Shown here: piece after piece, positions 44,521-53,567 of the stretch | Position numbering within the stretch: position 1 is the stretch's first letter | Layout of the letters: each line of letters starts with the position of its first letter | Source: Candidatus Aphodosoma sp. | GTDB taxonomy: Bacteria; Bacteroidota; Bacteroidia; Bacteroidales; Paludibacteraceae | Direction of reading: 5' to 3' | Length of the DNA stretch: 64,000 bases | Assembly (NCBI GenBank): GCA_045631465.1 | Contig: JAZQUV010000046.1 | Coordinates: 2,675 to 66,674, forward strand | Notes under the pieces: generated by a model | Seen by the model: the letters and a program-made list of their open reading frames with translations, nothing else | Database searches by the model: none | What the model was told of the DNA's origin: nothing | Position numbers and translations under genes: made by a program

Positions 44521-47500
44521 AAGCCATCGACACTTTTCAGTTTTTGACCAGATATAGTATATATTTGATTATCTTTTAATATATATATACGTCCATCAAT
44601 AAGTATCTTATAGGCTTTATTTTTCTTATTATCTGAAAATATTACGTCGTCTTCGGATATAATAATTGGTTCGAAATAACCCGATAATACAATGTTGTGA
44701 TTAGGCATTATTGTAGGAAGTACTGACAATTCGCCATTTTCATCAAGGTAATTCCAGCCAATAAAATTATGATTCTCTTTTGTTGGTGCCTCTAATAATG
44801 TTATAGTGTCTCCAACTTCATATGTTTGAATTTGCCAAATTGTGTCATCAAGCATATATGTTATTGTATATTCTTCGACGTCAATAATTATTTGTTCGAA
44901 ATAACCATACAATGCTATATCGTGGCTTGGCATTATCGTTGGAATTGTAGTTGTATCACCTTCTTCATTTATAAATGTCCAACCAACAAAATTATACCCT
45001 TCTTTGGTTGGGGTTTCTAGTAGTTCTATAGCATCTCCTTCTTTGCAAGCTTGAGTTTGCCATACCTCATTATCAAGATAATATATAATATTATATGTTT
45101 TTTTGAATCCGCTAACATTGATAGTTGTTTCGCCATAAACACCAGAACCATCCAATGCGTAAGCTCGAACCACAATGATTCCATTCGTTTCGCCATCAAC
45201 CGACAATAATCCATCTTTGCTGATTGTTGCAAAGTCATTACCTTGCTCTATTACCCAATTCACGCTCTTATAAGTTGAATAATAAGGGTAGACATATGCT
45301 TTCAATTGAGATGTTAGATTGATACCAGCCACAATGTCTAGGCCTTGTACGTCAATAGTTTCGACAAAAGAGACTCTATGTGCTACGTCGGTTGAAACAA
45401 TATTAGATATTGATGCACTTGATAGAGATTTTGTTTTTCTATGTTTTAGAATATTTTTTTGTCCTGCAAATACAACTTCTACAGCATAATAATTTACACC
45501 GTCGTTTGCAGTCAAATCTGTATATGTATTCATGTTGCCAGAAACCTCACCGATTAAGGTCATTTTATCTATATCGGATCCTCTTAGTATACGATATTGA
45601 CTAACGTCACGACCTTCGTACTTAGTCCACACCAAATTCCAAGCGCCATTCATACCTCCATTTATCATCACGTGTGGTGCTTGATGTACGTTTGTTCTTT
45701 GTGATTCGCCGTAAGTAGTAATATAACTAATAGCATAGCGCGAAGCTTGTACATTTGAATTAGACATTAAATCAATATATTCTTGATTATCTACGCCAAC
45801 CTCTCCTATCACATTGAACACATTGGCAAAAGACGTCTCCTTGTAGATCCTGATTCCTACCACATCTGTAGGCATTGTGGCTGATTTTTCCCATACAACC
45901 TTATTGTGACCGTCGATAGTAGTCACATGAAGTATATTAGGTGTGATGTGATCGCCAGTCACGGTAATAATTCTGTCAAAAACAACATTACCAAAACCAC
46001 TATATACAATACGGCGTACTTTGTATGTTCCGACTTGATTGAATACGAATATTGCTGTATCTCCTTTTGTAGATAATAGGTCGACAATATCGCTATACTC
46101 AATAGCCGTAAATGCCTCTTCGCCAGAAGCAACAAACCATTCGTCATTATTTACACTTTCAATAACACATCCTACTGTGGCATATTGCATTACAGATGAT
46201 GGCAAGTAGAATGATGCATTAGGCAATGGTGATACATAAATCGAATGCTTGTAGTCGCCCATAGTAATAGTTTTGACTCCGACACTATCCCATGCAACTA
46301 TATAACAATCATTTTCGGCAAGAATAACTTGTCCGCCACCCCAATCAATGGTGTCTTGAGTGTTGGCTACTATTTTAATTTGCGTTTCTATGCCTACGCC
46401 AGTCACTGCTGGAGCATCAACAATTACCTTTTCGTTCACAACAAATTCTAATACTTCAGAAAAATCAGATTCTTGATTTTGCATATCAACACCTTGTACA
46501 CACACTTCATACTCACCTACAGGAATTGAGGTAATAGGAATCGAAATACGATTTGTTTCTAATAAATTTAAAGAAGTAGGGAGATGCACTCCATTTTTGG
46601 TGCTATTGCAAGGAGATATGAAATATGCACCTTCGCCATCTTTGCCTTTATGTTTCAAACTAATATTATAACGCATACGACACTCAGGGGTTTCGGCATC
46701 ACGGCTATGATTCCAAACTATCTCAATCGCTTTCTCTCTATACCCTACATTTAAGTTAGATGGAGCATTAGGGCGCATGTTGGCAATACGCATAAGTGTA
46801 TTATCAAAACGCATCTCACCTTGTGGGGTAATAAATGGAGCTTTTTCCATATAAACCTCTACACCTTCGACAAAATCATAAGCTCTATTTGGCAAAATCA
46901 ACAACACTCCATCCACATCATTTATGCCACCAGTTGCCACAACATCAAGATATCCGTCATTATTAAAGTCAAACAACGAATTTTTCACACTTGTTATTCC
47001 GTCCAAATAATCTATTCTACCATCGCTCCACGCAATATAATATTTTGATTCTGACTTATATATCAAATCCAAAGTCCCATCATTATCCAGATCTTCAATT
47101 ATCGACACCAACTCATTGCGTGTATGCGTAAATAGAGTATCTTTTTTAGTAAAACTAAAATTGCCATTATTTTCGTATAATTCATAAATGTATTGTGTTC
47201 CCTCTGTGTTTTTCACCAAAATATCGACCAATCCATCTTTTGTCAAATCTCTATATAACATCGGTTCTCCAATATTCAATGGATAATTCTGATATTCAGT
47301 ATAATTACCGAGATTGCGACATAAATAATAGATTGTAATACCAGTTTGCATATCTCTAAATACTGATGTATAATCTATATTGCCATCATTATCAAAATCA
47401 ATAAAATATTCAGGCCTAAAAGACAAAGATATCTCATCTGTATTTACCATCATATTTTTATTACCACTATTCAAAATAGTGGCATATGCTGCACCAGCAC

Positions 47501-50500
47501 CATAAGATTGCACTGCTATTTGCTTATAAACATCAACCTGTCCGTCCTTATTAACGTCTAATACATAGCCTACTGTTCCTGAATTAGAGAGATAATTATG
47601 ATTATTCCACATCTTGTTAATTTTGATAGCCTCACCATCGACGCCATAGCTATAAAAACCTTCTGACTTAACTAGATATTCCATCAAACCATCCTCATCC
47701 AAATCGACATCGAGATATGCCATTTGAGTAATTTTTCGACCTGCAGATATAGCCCCTACTTCGATATATTTTTCTAACACATTAAATCCGCCATTGGTAT
47801 ACAACGATATCAATTTCTCACCTCCGCCAGTAAACACAACTTTATAGACTCTGCCATCATTGCTCTTATCAACAACTATAGCATCTTCACAACGTAAATA
47901 GTGAGTAGTATCTAACAATACATTTTCGTGAAGATGTATTTCACAAGTATCTCCTACTCCAAAAGGCATCTTGTAAAGCATCTCAAATGCCGATGCACAA
48001 TTCTCCTTCTCAAATACCACCTCTTCACTAAACAACGATCCCAAATCATTTAAGTCCACAACTTGAATAGATATATAATATTTTCCTGCCTTCCAAGTAT
48101 TTGTATTTAGCAATCTATATCTATTCACATTTTGATTTCCACCCAAACGATTACGACGAGTACCATCTGACATAGCATGAGCATAGACCACATCGCCTTT
48201 ACCAGGCTCAGTTCCTATACGCAGTGCGTATGTAAGATCGACACTAGATGTCTCTTTGTCCTCACCTTGCTCCCAAGTAATTGAAAGCAAACTCGCTGAT
48301 GCATCGTACACTACCGATGGAGCTTGTGGCTGTGTAGGTCTTTCGTTTACTACTTCCGACAAAATCATATATTTATTATTGCCAAGCACCTCCAACCTAC
48401 CATCGTTATTCAAATCTACGACATCATAAGCACCACCACGTGATAAAATAAAATTCAAATCTTTTGGAGTTTCACTTATTTGCACTCCATCCACGTCAAA
48501 AGAAACTAATCTGTTTTCGTTACTCGACACAAGATATTTTGCAATAATTTCATAGTATCCGTCAGCATCATAATCCACACAACAATCAAAATTATATGAT
48601 TTTTCATAGAAATATTCGTGACTTGTATACTTGCCCGCTTTATTTTCTAGCAAAATCAAATAACTACCGGCTAATTTGTCTGAATAATTAAATACCAACA
48701 ATATATCTTTGTCATTATCTTTATCAAAGTCATAACACCACAATTTTGTATATTGTGCACTCGCATATATCTTTTGTTCTGCATATGTTCCATCATTTTG
48801 TTTTGTATATATCACCACATTAGCTCCATCAAAAGCCACACCATCTAGCACACCATCATCGTTCAACTCAACAAAATCAAGACCTTCTGGAAACTCATCA
48901 TATACAATCATTCCCTCACCTTTATTGAAATATACATTACCCTCTTCGAAATAATCCATCACACCATCGCCATCAATATCCATATTCATGTTCGACATGG
49001 CTTTTGTTATAGGTTTACCCCCTTTAATTATCATTCCATTTCTCAACGAAGGTATACCCGACGTTTTCATAAAACTCCCCCTATACTTACGTAGCGATTT
49101 ACCTCCATATTCATCTATAGTCATAACACTTACTCTATTTTCCTCTACCCCATTGTTTCGCAATGTGAATGCTCTATCATTGTCCAAATCACTACCATTA
49201 TCGAGATATGAAATTAAATCCATATAACCATCATTGTCATAATCCATTGGAAATACAACACCAGATGTAGGTGCATTAATAAGTAGTTCTTCTAAATTAT
49301 AATTAGCATCTGCTTTATAAACATAATGCTTGCTATATGTATCATTAGAATAAGCATCCAACATAGCATCGTTGGTCAAATTCATCCATTTTATCAAATA
49401 ACCATTCTTATCACCCTCAAATTTCACATCTTCGCAAGAAGCAAAGTTCAACCAGTCCATACCTAACCATAATGTTGAACTACTACCTTTTAGCCACTCC
49501 ATCTCTCCATCGCCATCTACATCATAGTAGTTTTCTTTACCATTAGCAATCGACAACGACATATCCACTTGTTCCAATGGTGCTATTGGGCGTATTTCCA
49601 ACCCTCCTATTATATAGTCACTCATAACATTCACGTTTCCAATTTCCTCAAAACCAAATTCGTCGGATACAACATCGTTAACAAATTGAATAGTATGACT
49701 ACCTGCTGGCAAAGCAAATTTGATTTTCGAATTCCAATATTCTTTACGGAAATTACAATATTTACCATCTACATACAATTTACAATCATCTCTATTAAAA
49801 TCGAATGATACAATTGACACTTCTGGTAAATTATATTTCACCATCAAAGTAATGCTATCACAATCGGCATATACCATACCCTGAGAAACGATACTATCCG
49901 TACCCAACAATACCAATGGCACTCTTGTATCATTCACAATCTCCACTTCCACATCAGAATTCGCTTCGATCACATTCTTTATATCTTCACTGACACACAC
50001 ATTTCTTACCGACAACTCCTCTATAGTATAATCCCAATAAGCATCACATCTCACCTCTATGGTATATTCACCTGGATATAAATAGATAAAACTATTTCTA
50101 ACCCCTATAAGTGTATCTACCCTATTCACTATCATCTCCCATGTACTATATCTTCCTCCTCTCAAATCACACATAAATTTCACAATGCTATCCGACTTGA
50201 AGCTTAACACAAAGCCATGATATCCATTTTTAAACATAGTTTCATCGCCTTGACACACCATCTCACCTGTCTCTGTCAAATACCATGGAGATAGGCTATC
50301 ATTCTTAAAACTCAATATTTCAACATCCGATTTTTCTTGAATAAATCTTATCAAATCTTCATTCCCCACAACACCATTAACCCCCAAACCTATTATATCA
50401 TTCCTACGACTATTATTAAATTCAAGTTTCAACCAATGTTTTCCAATAGGCAAATAAACATCACTATTAGCACGTTCCACTCCATCTACATAAAATGTAG

Positions 50501-50765
50501 AATACGACAGTTTAGTGTAATCCATCAAACAAATACTATCCGATTCATAACACAACATAAGAGTTGATACACCACACGTACTTTTCAAAGAGTCTTTGCC
50601 AACAATCTCAAATGGGCACGAAGCATCGTTTACTACCTCCAAAATTCTCACATTACTATTAGCTTCTATCATTGCTCTAATGGCCTCTGTTGCATTAACC
50701 ACAACAGACGAAATAACATAAAAACTAAGTACAAAAAACAATCTTAACATTTTATTCATAAACAT
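44511..50765 (-). CDS. giant secreted FG-GAP/VCBS-repeat protein (2084 aa) with FN3-like, Big_2-like and Listeria-Bacteroides repeat modules
   Basis: Signal peptide and three N-terminal ~120-aa modules. 13 Dx[DN]xDGxx[DE] calcium-loop motifs, FN3-like segments and one Ig-like segment. Two tandem ~70-aa repeats (Y.I.Y.LD...W...GD.I.LLE.PTKE.[YH]NF.GW). Confidence 0.85.
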   Translation of the reverse strand: MFMNKMLRLFFVLSFYVISSVVVNATEAIRAMIEANSNVRILEVVNDASCPFEIVGKDSLKSTCGVSTLMLCYESDSICLMDYTKLSYSTFYVDGVERANSDVYLPIGKHWLKLEFNNSRRNDIIGLGVNGVVGNEDLIRFIQEKSDVEILSFKNDSLSPWYLTETGEMVCQGDETMFKNGYHGFVLSFKSDSIVKFMCDLRGGRYSTWEMIVNRVDTLIGVRNSFIYLYPGEYTIEVRCDAYWDYTIEELSVRNVCVSEDIKNVIEANSDVEVEIVNDTRVPLVLLGTDSIVSQGMVYADCDSITLMVKYNLPEVSIVSFDFNRDDCKLYVDGKYCNFRKEYWNSKIKFALPAGSHTIQFVNDVVSDEFGFEEIGNVNVMSDYIIGGLEIRPIAPLEQVDMSLSIANGKENYYDVDGDGEMEWLKGSSSTLWLGMDWLNFASCEDVKFEGDKNGYLIKWMNLTNDAMLDAYSNDTYSKHYVYKADANYNLEELLINAPTSGVVFPMDYDNDGYMDLISYLDNGSDLDNDRAFTLRNNGVEENRVSVMTIDEYGGKSLRKYRGSFMKTSGIPSLRNGMIIKGGKPITKAMSNMNMDIDGDGVMDYFEEGNVYFNKGEGMIVYDEFPEGLDFVELNDDGVLDGVAFDGANVVIYTKQNDGTYAEQKIYASAQYTKLWCYDFDKDNDKDILLVFNYSDKLAGSYLILLENKAGKYTSHEYFYEKSYNFDCCVDYDADGYYEIIAKYLVSSNENRLVSFDVDGVQISETPKDLNFILSRGGAYDVVDLNNDGRLEVLGNNKYMILSEVVNERPTQPQAPSVVYDASASLLSITWEQGEDKETSSVDLTYALRIGTEPGKGDVVYAHAMSDGTRRNRLGGNQNVNRYRLLNTNTWKAGKYYISIQVVDLNDLGSLFSEEVVFEKENCASAFEMLYKMPFGVGDTCEIHLHENVLLDTTHYLRCEDAIVVDKSNDGRVYKVVFTGGGEKLISLYTNGGFNVLEKYIEVGAISAGRKITQMAYLDVDLDEDGLMEYLVKSEGFYSYGVDGEAIKINKMWNNHNYLSNSGTVGYVLDVNKDGQVDVYKQIAVQSYGAGAAYATILNSGNKNMMVNTDEISLSFRPEYFIDFDNDGNIDYTSVFRDMQTGITIYYLCRNLGNYTEYQNYPLNIGEPMLYRDLTKDGLVDILVKNTEGTQYIYELYENNGNFSFTKKDTLFTHTRNELVSIIEDLDNDGTLDLIYKSESKYYIAWSDGRIDYLDGITSVKNSLFDFNNDGYLDVVATGGINDVDGVLLILPNRAYDFVEGVEVYMEKAPFITPQGEMRFDNTLMRIANMRPNAPSNLNVGYREKAIEIVWNHSRDAETPECRMRYNISLKHKGKDGEGAYFISPCNSTKNGVHLPTSLNLLETNRISIPITSIPVGEYEVCVQGVDMQNQESDFSEVLEFVVNEKVIVDAPAVTGVGIETQIKIVANTQDTIDWGGGQVILAENDCYIVAWDSVGVKTITMGDYKHSIYVSPLPNASFYLPSSVMQYATVGCVIESVNNDEWFVASGEEAFTAIEYSDIVDLLSTKGDTAIFVFNQVGTYKVRRIVYSGFGNVVFDRIITVTGDHITPNILHVTTIDGHNKVVWEKSATMPTDVVGIRIYKETSFANVFNVIGEVGVDNQEYIDLMSNSNVQASRYAISYITTYGESQRTNVHQAPHVMINGGMNGAWNLVWTKYEGRDVSQYRILRGSDIDKMTLIGEVSGNMNTYTDLTANDGVNYYAVEVVFAGQKNILKHRKTKSLSSASISNIVSTDVAHRVSFVETIDVQGLDIVAGINLTSQLKAYVYPYYSTYKSVNWVIEQGNDFATISKDGLLSVDGETNGIIVVRAYALDGSGVYGETTINVSGFKKTYNIIYYLDNEVWQTQACKEGDAIELLETPTKEGYNFVGWTFINEEGDTTTIPTIMPSHDIALYGYFEQIIIDVEEYTITYMLDDTIWQIQTYEVGDTITLLEAPTKENHNFIGWNYLDENGELSVLPTIMPNHNIVLSGYFEPIIISEDDVIFSDNKKNKAYKILIDGRIYILKDNQIYTISGQKLKSVDGLNK

Positions 50766-50820
50766 ATTACTTTTTTATGGTCTATATTCTTTATCTAAAA
50801 ACAACAACTTTAGTAAGACG

Positions 50821-50828
50821 CAAAGTTA
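50821..50828 (-). promoter_or_regulatory. candidate -7 box (TAACTTTG)
   Basis: TAnnTTTG on the - strand 56 nt upstream of the 2084-aa ORF start. Confidence 0.45.
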
Positions 50829-50853
50829 CACAAAAAATAGATAATAAACAAAG

Positions 50854-50881
50854 AAAAGAGATACTTTTTTGTATCTCTTTT
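50854..50881. terminator. intrinsic terminator downstream of clpB
   Basis: AAAAGAGATAC-TTTTTT-GTATCTCTTTT, 11 nt beyond the clpB stop. Confidence 0.6.
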
Positions 50882-50891
50882 TCTTCATCAT

Positions 50892-53039
50892 CTATTTGTT
50901 AATAAATAAAAGTTTATTATCTTCTACATCAATCAAAATCTCCCCATCGGTATTTACCTCTCCAGCTATTATTCGTTTTGATAATTCATTGAGCAACATT
51001 CGTTGTAACACTCTCTTCACAGGTCGAGCCCCAAATTGTGGGTCATACCCCTCTTCGGCAAACAAATCTACTGCAGCAGGTGTCACTTCGAGTTGCACTC
51101 CGTTGCGCTCAAGGAGTTTTTGCACTTGACGAATTTGCAATTCCACTATATCACGAATTTCGGATTGTTGCAATGGGGTGAACATAATAAGTTCGTCAAT
51201 ACGATTGAGAAATTCAGGACGAATTGTCTGTTTCAACATCTCAAAAACCTCATTTTTAGTGCGAGTCAAGATTTCGTCTCGATTATTATCATTAAGATTC
51301 TCACAATTTTCGCGAATGAGTTGCGAACCGAGATTCGATGTCATAATAATAATCGTATTCTTAAAATTCACCACCCTACCCTTATTGTCGGTCAATCGGC
51401 CATCGTCCAACACTTGTAGCAATACGTTGAACACGTCAGGGTGAGCCTTCTCTATTTCGTCGAACAACACAACCGAATAAGGTTTACGGCGAATTGCCTC
51501 TGTGAGTTGACCGCCTTCATCATAACCCACATACCCCGGAGGAGCACCAATAAGGCGAGTAGCGGCAAATTTCTCTTGATATTCACTCATATCTATGCGT
51601 GTAATCATATTCTCATCATCAAACAAATAGTCCGCCAATGCCTTCGCCAACTCTGTTTTACCCACACCCGTAGTGCCTAAAAATATAAACGAACCTATCG
51701 GGCGCTTAGGGTCTTGCAATCCTGCACGACTACGACGTATCGCATCCGACACCGCTACAATTGCCTCATCCTGACCTATCACGCGTTTATGCAATTCATC
51801 TTCAAGATGTAGCAATTTATCTTTTTCGCTTTGCATCATCTTGCGCACAGGGATGCCAGTCCAACGCGATACAATGTCGGCAATATCATCTGCATCTATC
51901 TCTTCTTTTATCATTGCATGCCCTTGTTGCAATTCCGCCAACTTAGCCTTAGCCGCTTCTATAGCCTCTTCAGCCACTTTTATTTTGCCATAACGAATTT
52001 CCGCCACACGACCATAATCACCTTCACGCTCAGCGCGTTCTGCTTCATATTTCAACTCCTCTATCTCTATCTTCTTTTGCTGAATCACATTGATTTGCTC
52101 CTTCTCGCTACTCCACTTTTTGCGCATCACTTCTCCCTCTGCTTTCAATGCATCAATCTCTTCGCTGAGTTGAGCCAATTTTTGTTTATCATTTTCGCGT
52201 TTAATAGCTGCGCGTTCAATCTCCAACTGCTTGATGTTACGCTCAATCGTATCAAGTTCTTCAGGCACCGAGTCCACTTCAAGACGCTGTTTTGCTGCCG
52301 CCTCGTCTATCAAGTCAATCGCTTTATCTGGCAAAAATCTATCCGTAATATAACGAGTCGACAGTTCGACCGCCGCAATGATAGCATCGTCTTTGATTCG
52401 CACTTTATGATGATTTTCATATCTCTCTTTCAACCCACGCAAAATAGATATCGTAGCTGCCTCATCTGGTTCATTCACCATAACCATCTGAAAACGACGC
52501 TCTAACGCCTTATCTGTCTCAAAATATTTCTGAAATTCATCTAGCGTAGTAGCGCCTACAGCACGCAATTCACCACGAGCCAATGCCGGTTTTAGGATAT
52601 TGGCCGCATCCATTGCACCCGACGACTTGCCTGCCCCAACAAGAGTATGGATTTCGTCGATAAAGAGAATTATCTCTCCTTCGGCTTTAACCACCTCGTT
52701 TACAACTCCTTTTAATCGTTCTTCAAACTCGCCTTGATACTTAGCTCCTGCAATAAGGGCACCCATATCAAGCGAAAAAATCTGTTTCGAACGCAAATTT
52801 TCAGGCACGTCGCCACGCACGATACGGTGAGCCAATCCCTCGGCAATAGCAGTTTTACCCGTACCTGGTTCACCCACAAGTATAGGATTATTTTTTGTAC
52901 GACGTGAAAGAATTTGCAACACACGACGTATCTCATCATCACGACCAATCACTGGGTCAAGTTTTCCATTGCGCGCACGCTCATTAAGATTTATTGCATA
53001 ACGACTAAGCGCCTCCTGATTGTTGTTTTGTTTATTCAT
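50892..53039 (-). CDS. clpB: ClpB-type AAA+ disaggregase lacking the N-terminal domain
   Basis: 715-aa ORF with two Walker A sites ([24 protein letters not shown]) and a long coiled-coil M-domain between them. It begins at the ...[24 protein letters not shown] linker. An in-frame stop lies 27 nt upstream of the ATG. Confidence 0.9.
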   Translation of the reverse strand: MNKQNNNQEALSRYAINLNERARNGKLDPVIGRDDEIRRVLQILSRRTKNNPILVGEPGTGKTAIAEGLAHRIVRGDVPENLRSKQIFSLDMGALIAGAKYQGEFEERLKGVVNEVVKAEGEIILFIDEIHTLVGAGKSSGAMDAANILKPALARGELRAVGATTLDEFQKYFETDKALERRFQMVMVNEPDEAATISILRGLKERYENHHKVRIKDDAIIAAVELSTRYITDRFLPDKAIDLIDEAAAKQRLEVDSVPEELDTIERNIKQLEIERAAIKRENDKQKLAQLSEEIDALKAEGEVMRKKWSSEKEQINVIQQKKIEIEELKYEAERAEREGDYGRVAEIRYGKIKVAEEAIEAAKAKLAELQQGHAMIKEEIDADDIADIVSRWTGIPVRKMMQSEKDKLLHLEDELHKRVIGQDEAIVAVSDAIRRSRAGLQDPKRPIGSFIFLGTTGVGKTELAKALADYLFDDENMITRIDMSEYQEKFAATRLIGAPPGYVGYDEGGQLTEAIRRKPYSVVLFDEIEKAHPDVFNVLLQVLDDGRLTDNKGRVVNFKNTIIIMTSNLGSQLIRENCENLNDNNRDEILTRTKNEVFEMLKQTIRPEFLNRIDELIMFTPLQQSEIRDIVELQIRQVQKLLERNGVQLEVTPAAVDLFAEEGYDPQFGARPVKRVLQRMLLNELSKRIIAGEVNTDGEILIDVEDNKLLFINK

Positions 53040-53135
53040 AATTTCGTTTTTGGTTAAAATGTTTTTTTATAATAATAAGATGCTACAAACACTACAAATA
53101 TCATACAAAACAACAAAAAGTGCCAATTTGACCGA

Positions 53136-53143
53136 CAAACATA
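53136..53143 (-). promoter_or_regulatory. candidate -7 box (TATGTTTG)
   Basis: TAnnTTTG on the - strand about 97 nt upstream of the clpB ATG. Confidence 0.3.
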
Positions 53144-53266
53144 CAATATTCAGCCAAATTGACACAATAGAAGATATTATAACAAACTATATTTCTATCT
53201 CTTCTACAACCGCTACCTCCAGTTCTAGGATGCTCGAAATATTCTTTAATCTAAACTAACGAATAA

Positions 53267-53342
53267 CCCATACTACAATATACTATAAATATACTATAAA
53301 TATAGGATAAATATACTATAAACATACTATAAACATACTATA
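53267..53342 (-). repeat. 11-bp tandem array (TAGTATRTTTA on the - strand), 7 units
   Basis: The + strand reads CCCATACTA CAATATACTA TAAATATACTA TAAATATAGGA TAAATATACTA TAAACATACTA TAAACATACTA. Its reverse complement matches the array at 28388-28453, including the TCCTATATTTA variant. Confidence 0.9.
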
Positions 53343-53392
53343 GTGCTAACTTGGCAAAAACTGTATTCCCCGTTAGTTTAATAAAAAAAAAG

Positions 53393-53426
53393 CCTCGAGA
53401 TGTTGATATTCTCGAGACTTTATTTT
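53393..53426. terminator. orphan terminator-like hairpin
   Basis: A9 run, then CCTCGAGA-(9 nt)-TCTCGAG, then TTTATTTT. No annotated gene ends here on either strand. Confidence 0.4.
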
Positions 53427-53434
53427 GAAGTGGG

Positions 53435-53477
53435 ATTTTATGTAATTTTGCAGTGTCACTGCAAAATTACATAAAAT
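53435..53477. other. perfect 19-bp inverted repeat with 5-nt loop
   Basis: ATTTTATGTAATTTTGCAG-TGTCA-CTGCAAAATTACATAAAAT, in the clpB-dxs intergenic region. Confidence 0.8.
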
Positions 53478-53532
53478 ACTTTCGACTCGCAATCTTTTTA
53501 GATGTTTTTTTTGTTTAGTTATGTTTTTTTTG

Positions 53533-53540
53533 TATCTTTG
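53533..53540 (+). promoter_or_regulatory. candidate -7 box (TATCTTTG)
   Basis: TAnnTTTG 28 nt upstream of the ATG at 53568. Confidence 0.5.
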
Positions 53541-53567
53541 CAGATTAAAATAAAATGCGATAGGAAG

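Noticed and set aside
28454-53266. The 24.8-kb block between the inverted 11-mer arrays as a genomic island or mobile element
   Set aside because: The content is mostly housekeeping (pepD, folB, galE, clpB). There is no integrase, transposase, conjugation or phage gene and no flanking tRNA. The arrays are short tandem repeats rather than terminal inverted repeats of a known element.
53040-53500. clpB N-domain lost through a simple frameshift (pseudogene hypothesis)
   Set aside because: An in-frame TAA lies 27 nt upstream of the ATG. The ORF track has no - strand ORF of 60 aa or more in the upstream 460 bp, which is AT-rich repeat DNA and not degraded coding sequence. The remaining 715-aa ORF is intact.
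53502-53567. N-terminal extensions offered by the ORF track for dxs (53502), the peroxidase (30647, TTG), the lipoprotein (40087, GTG) and rfbC (5909, TTG)
   Set aside because: The extensions overlap promoter boxes, terminators or the upstream gene, and they encode implausible peptides. Downstream ATGs give canonical N-termini or signal peptides.
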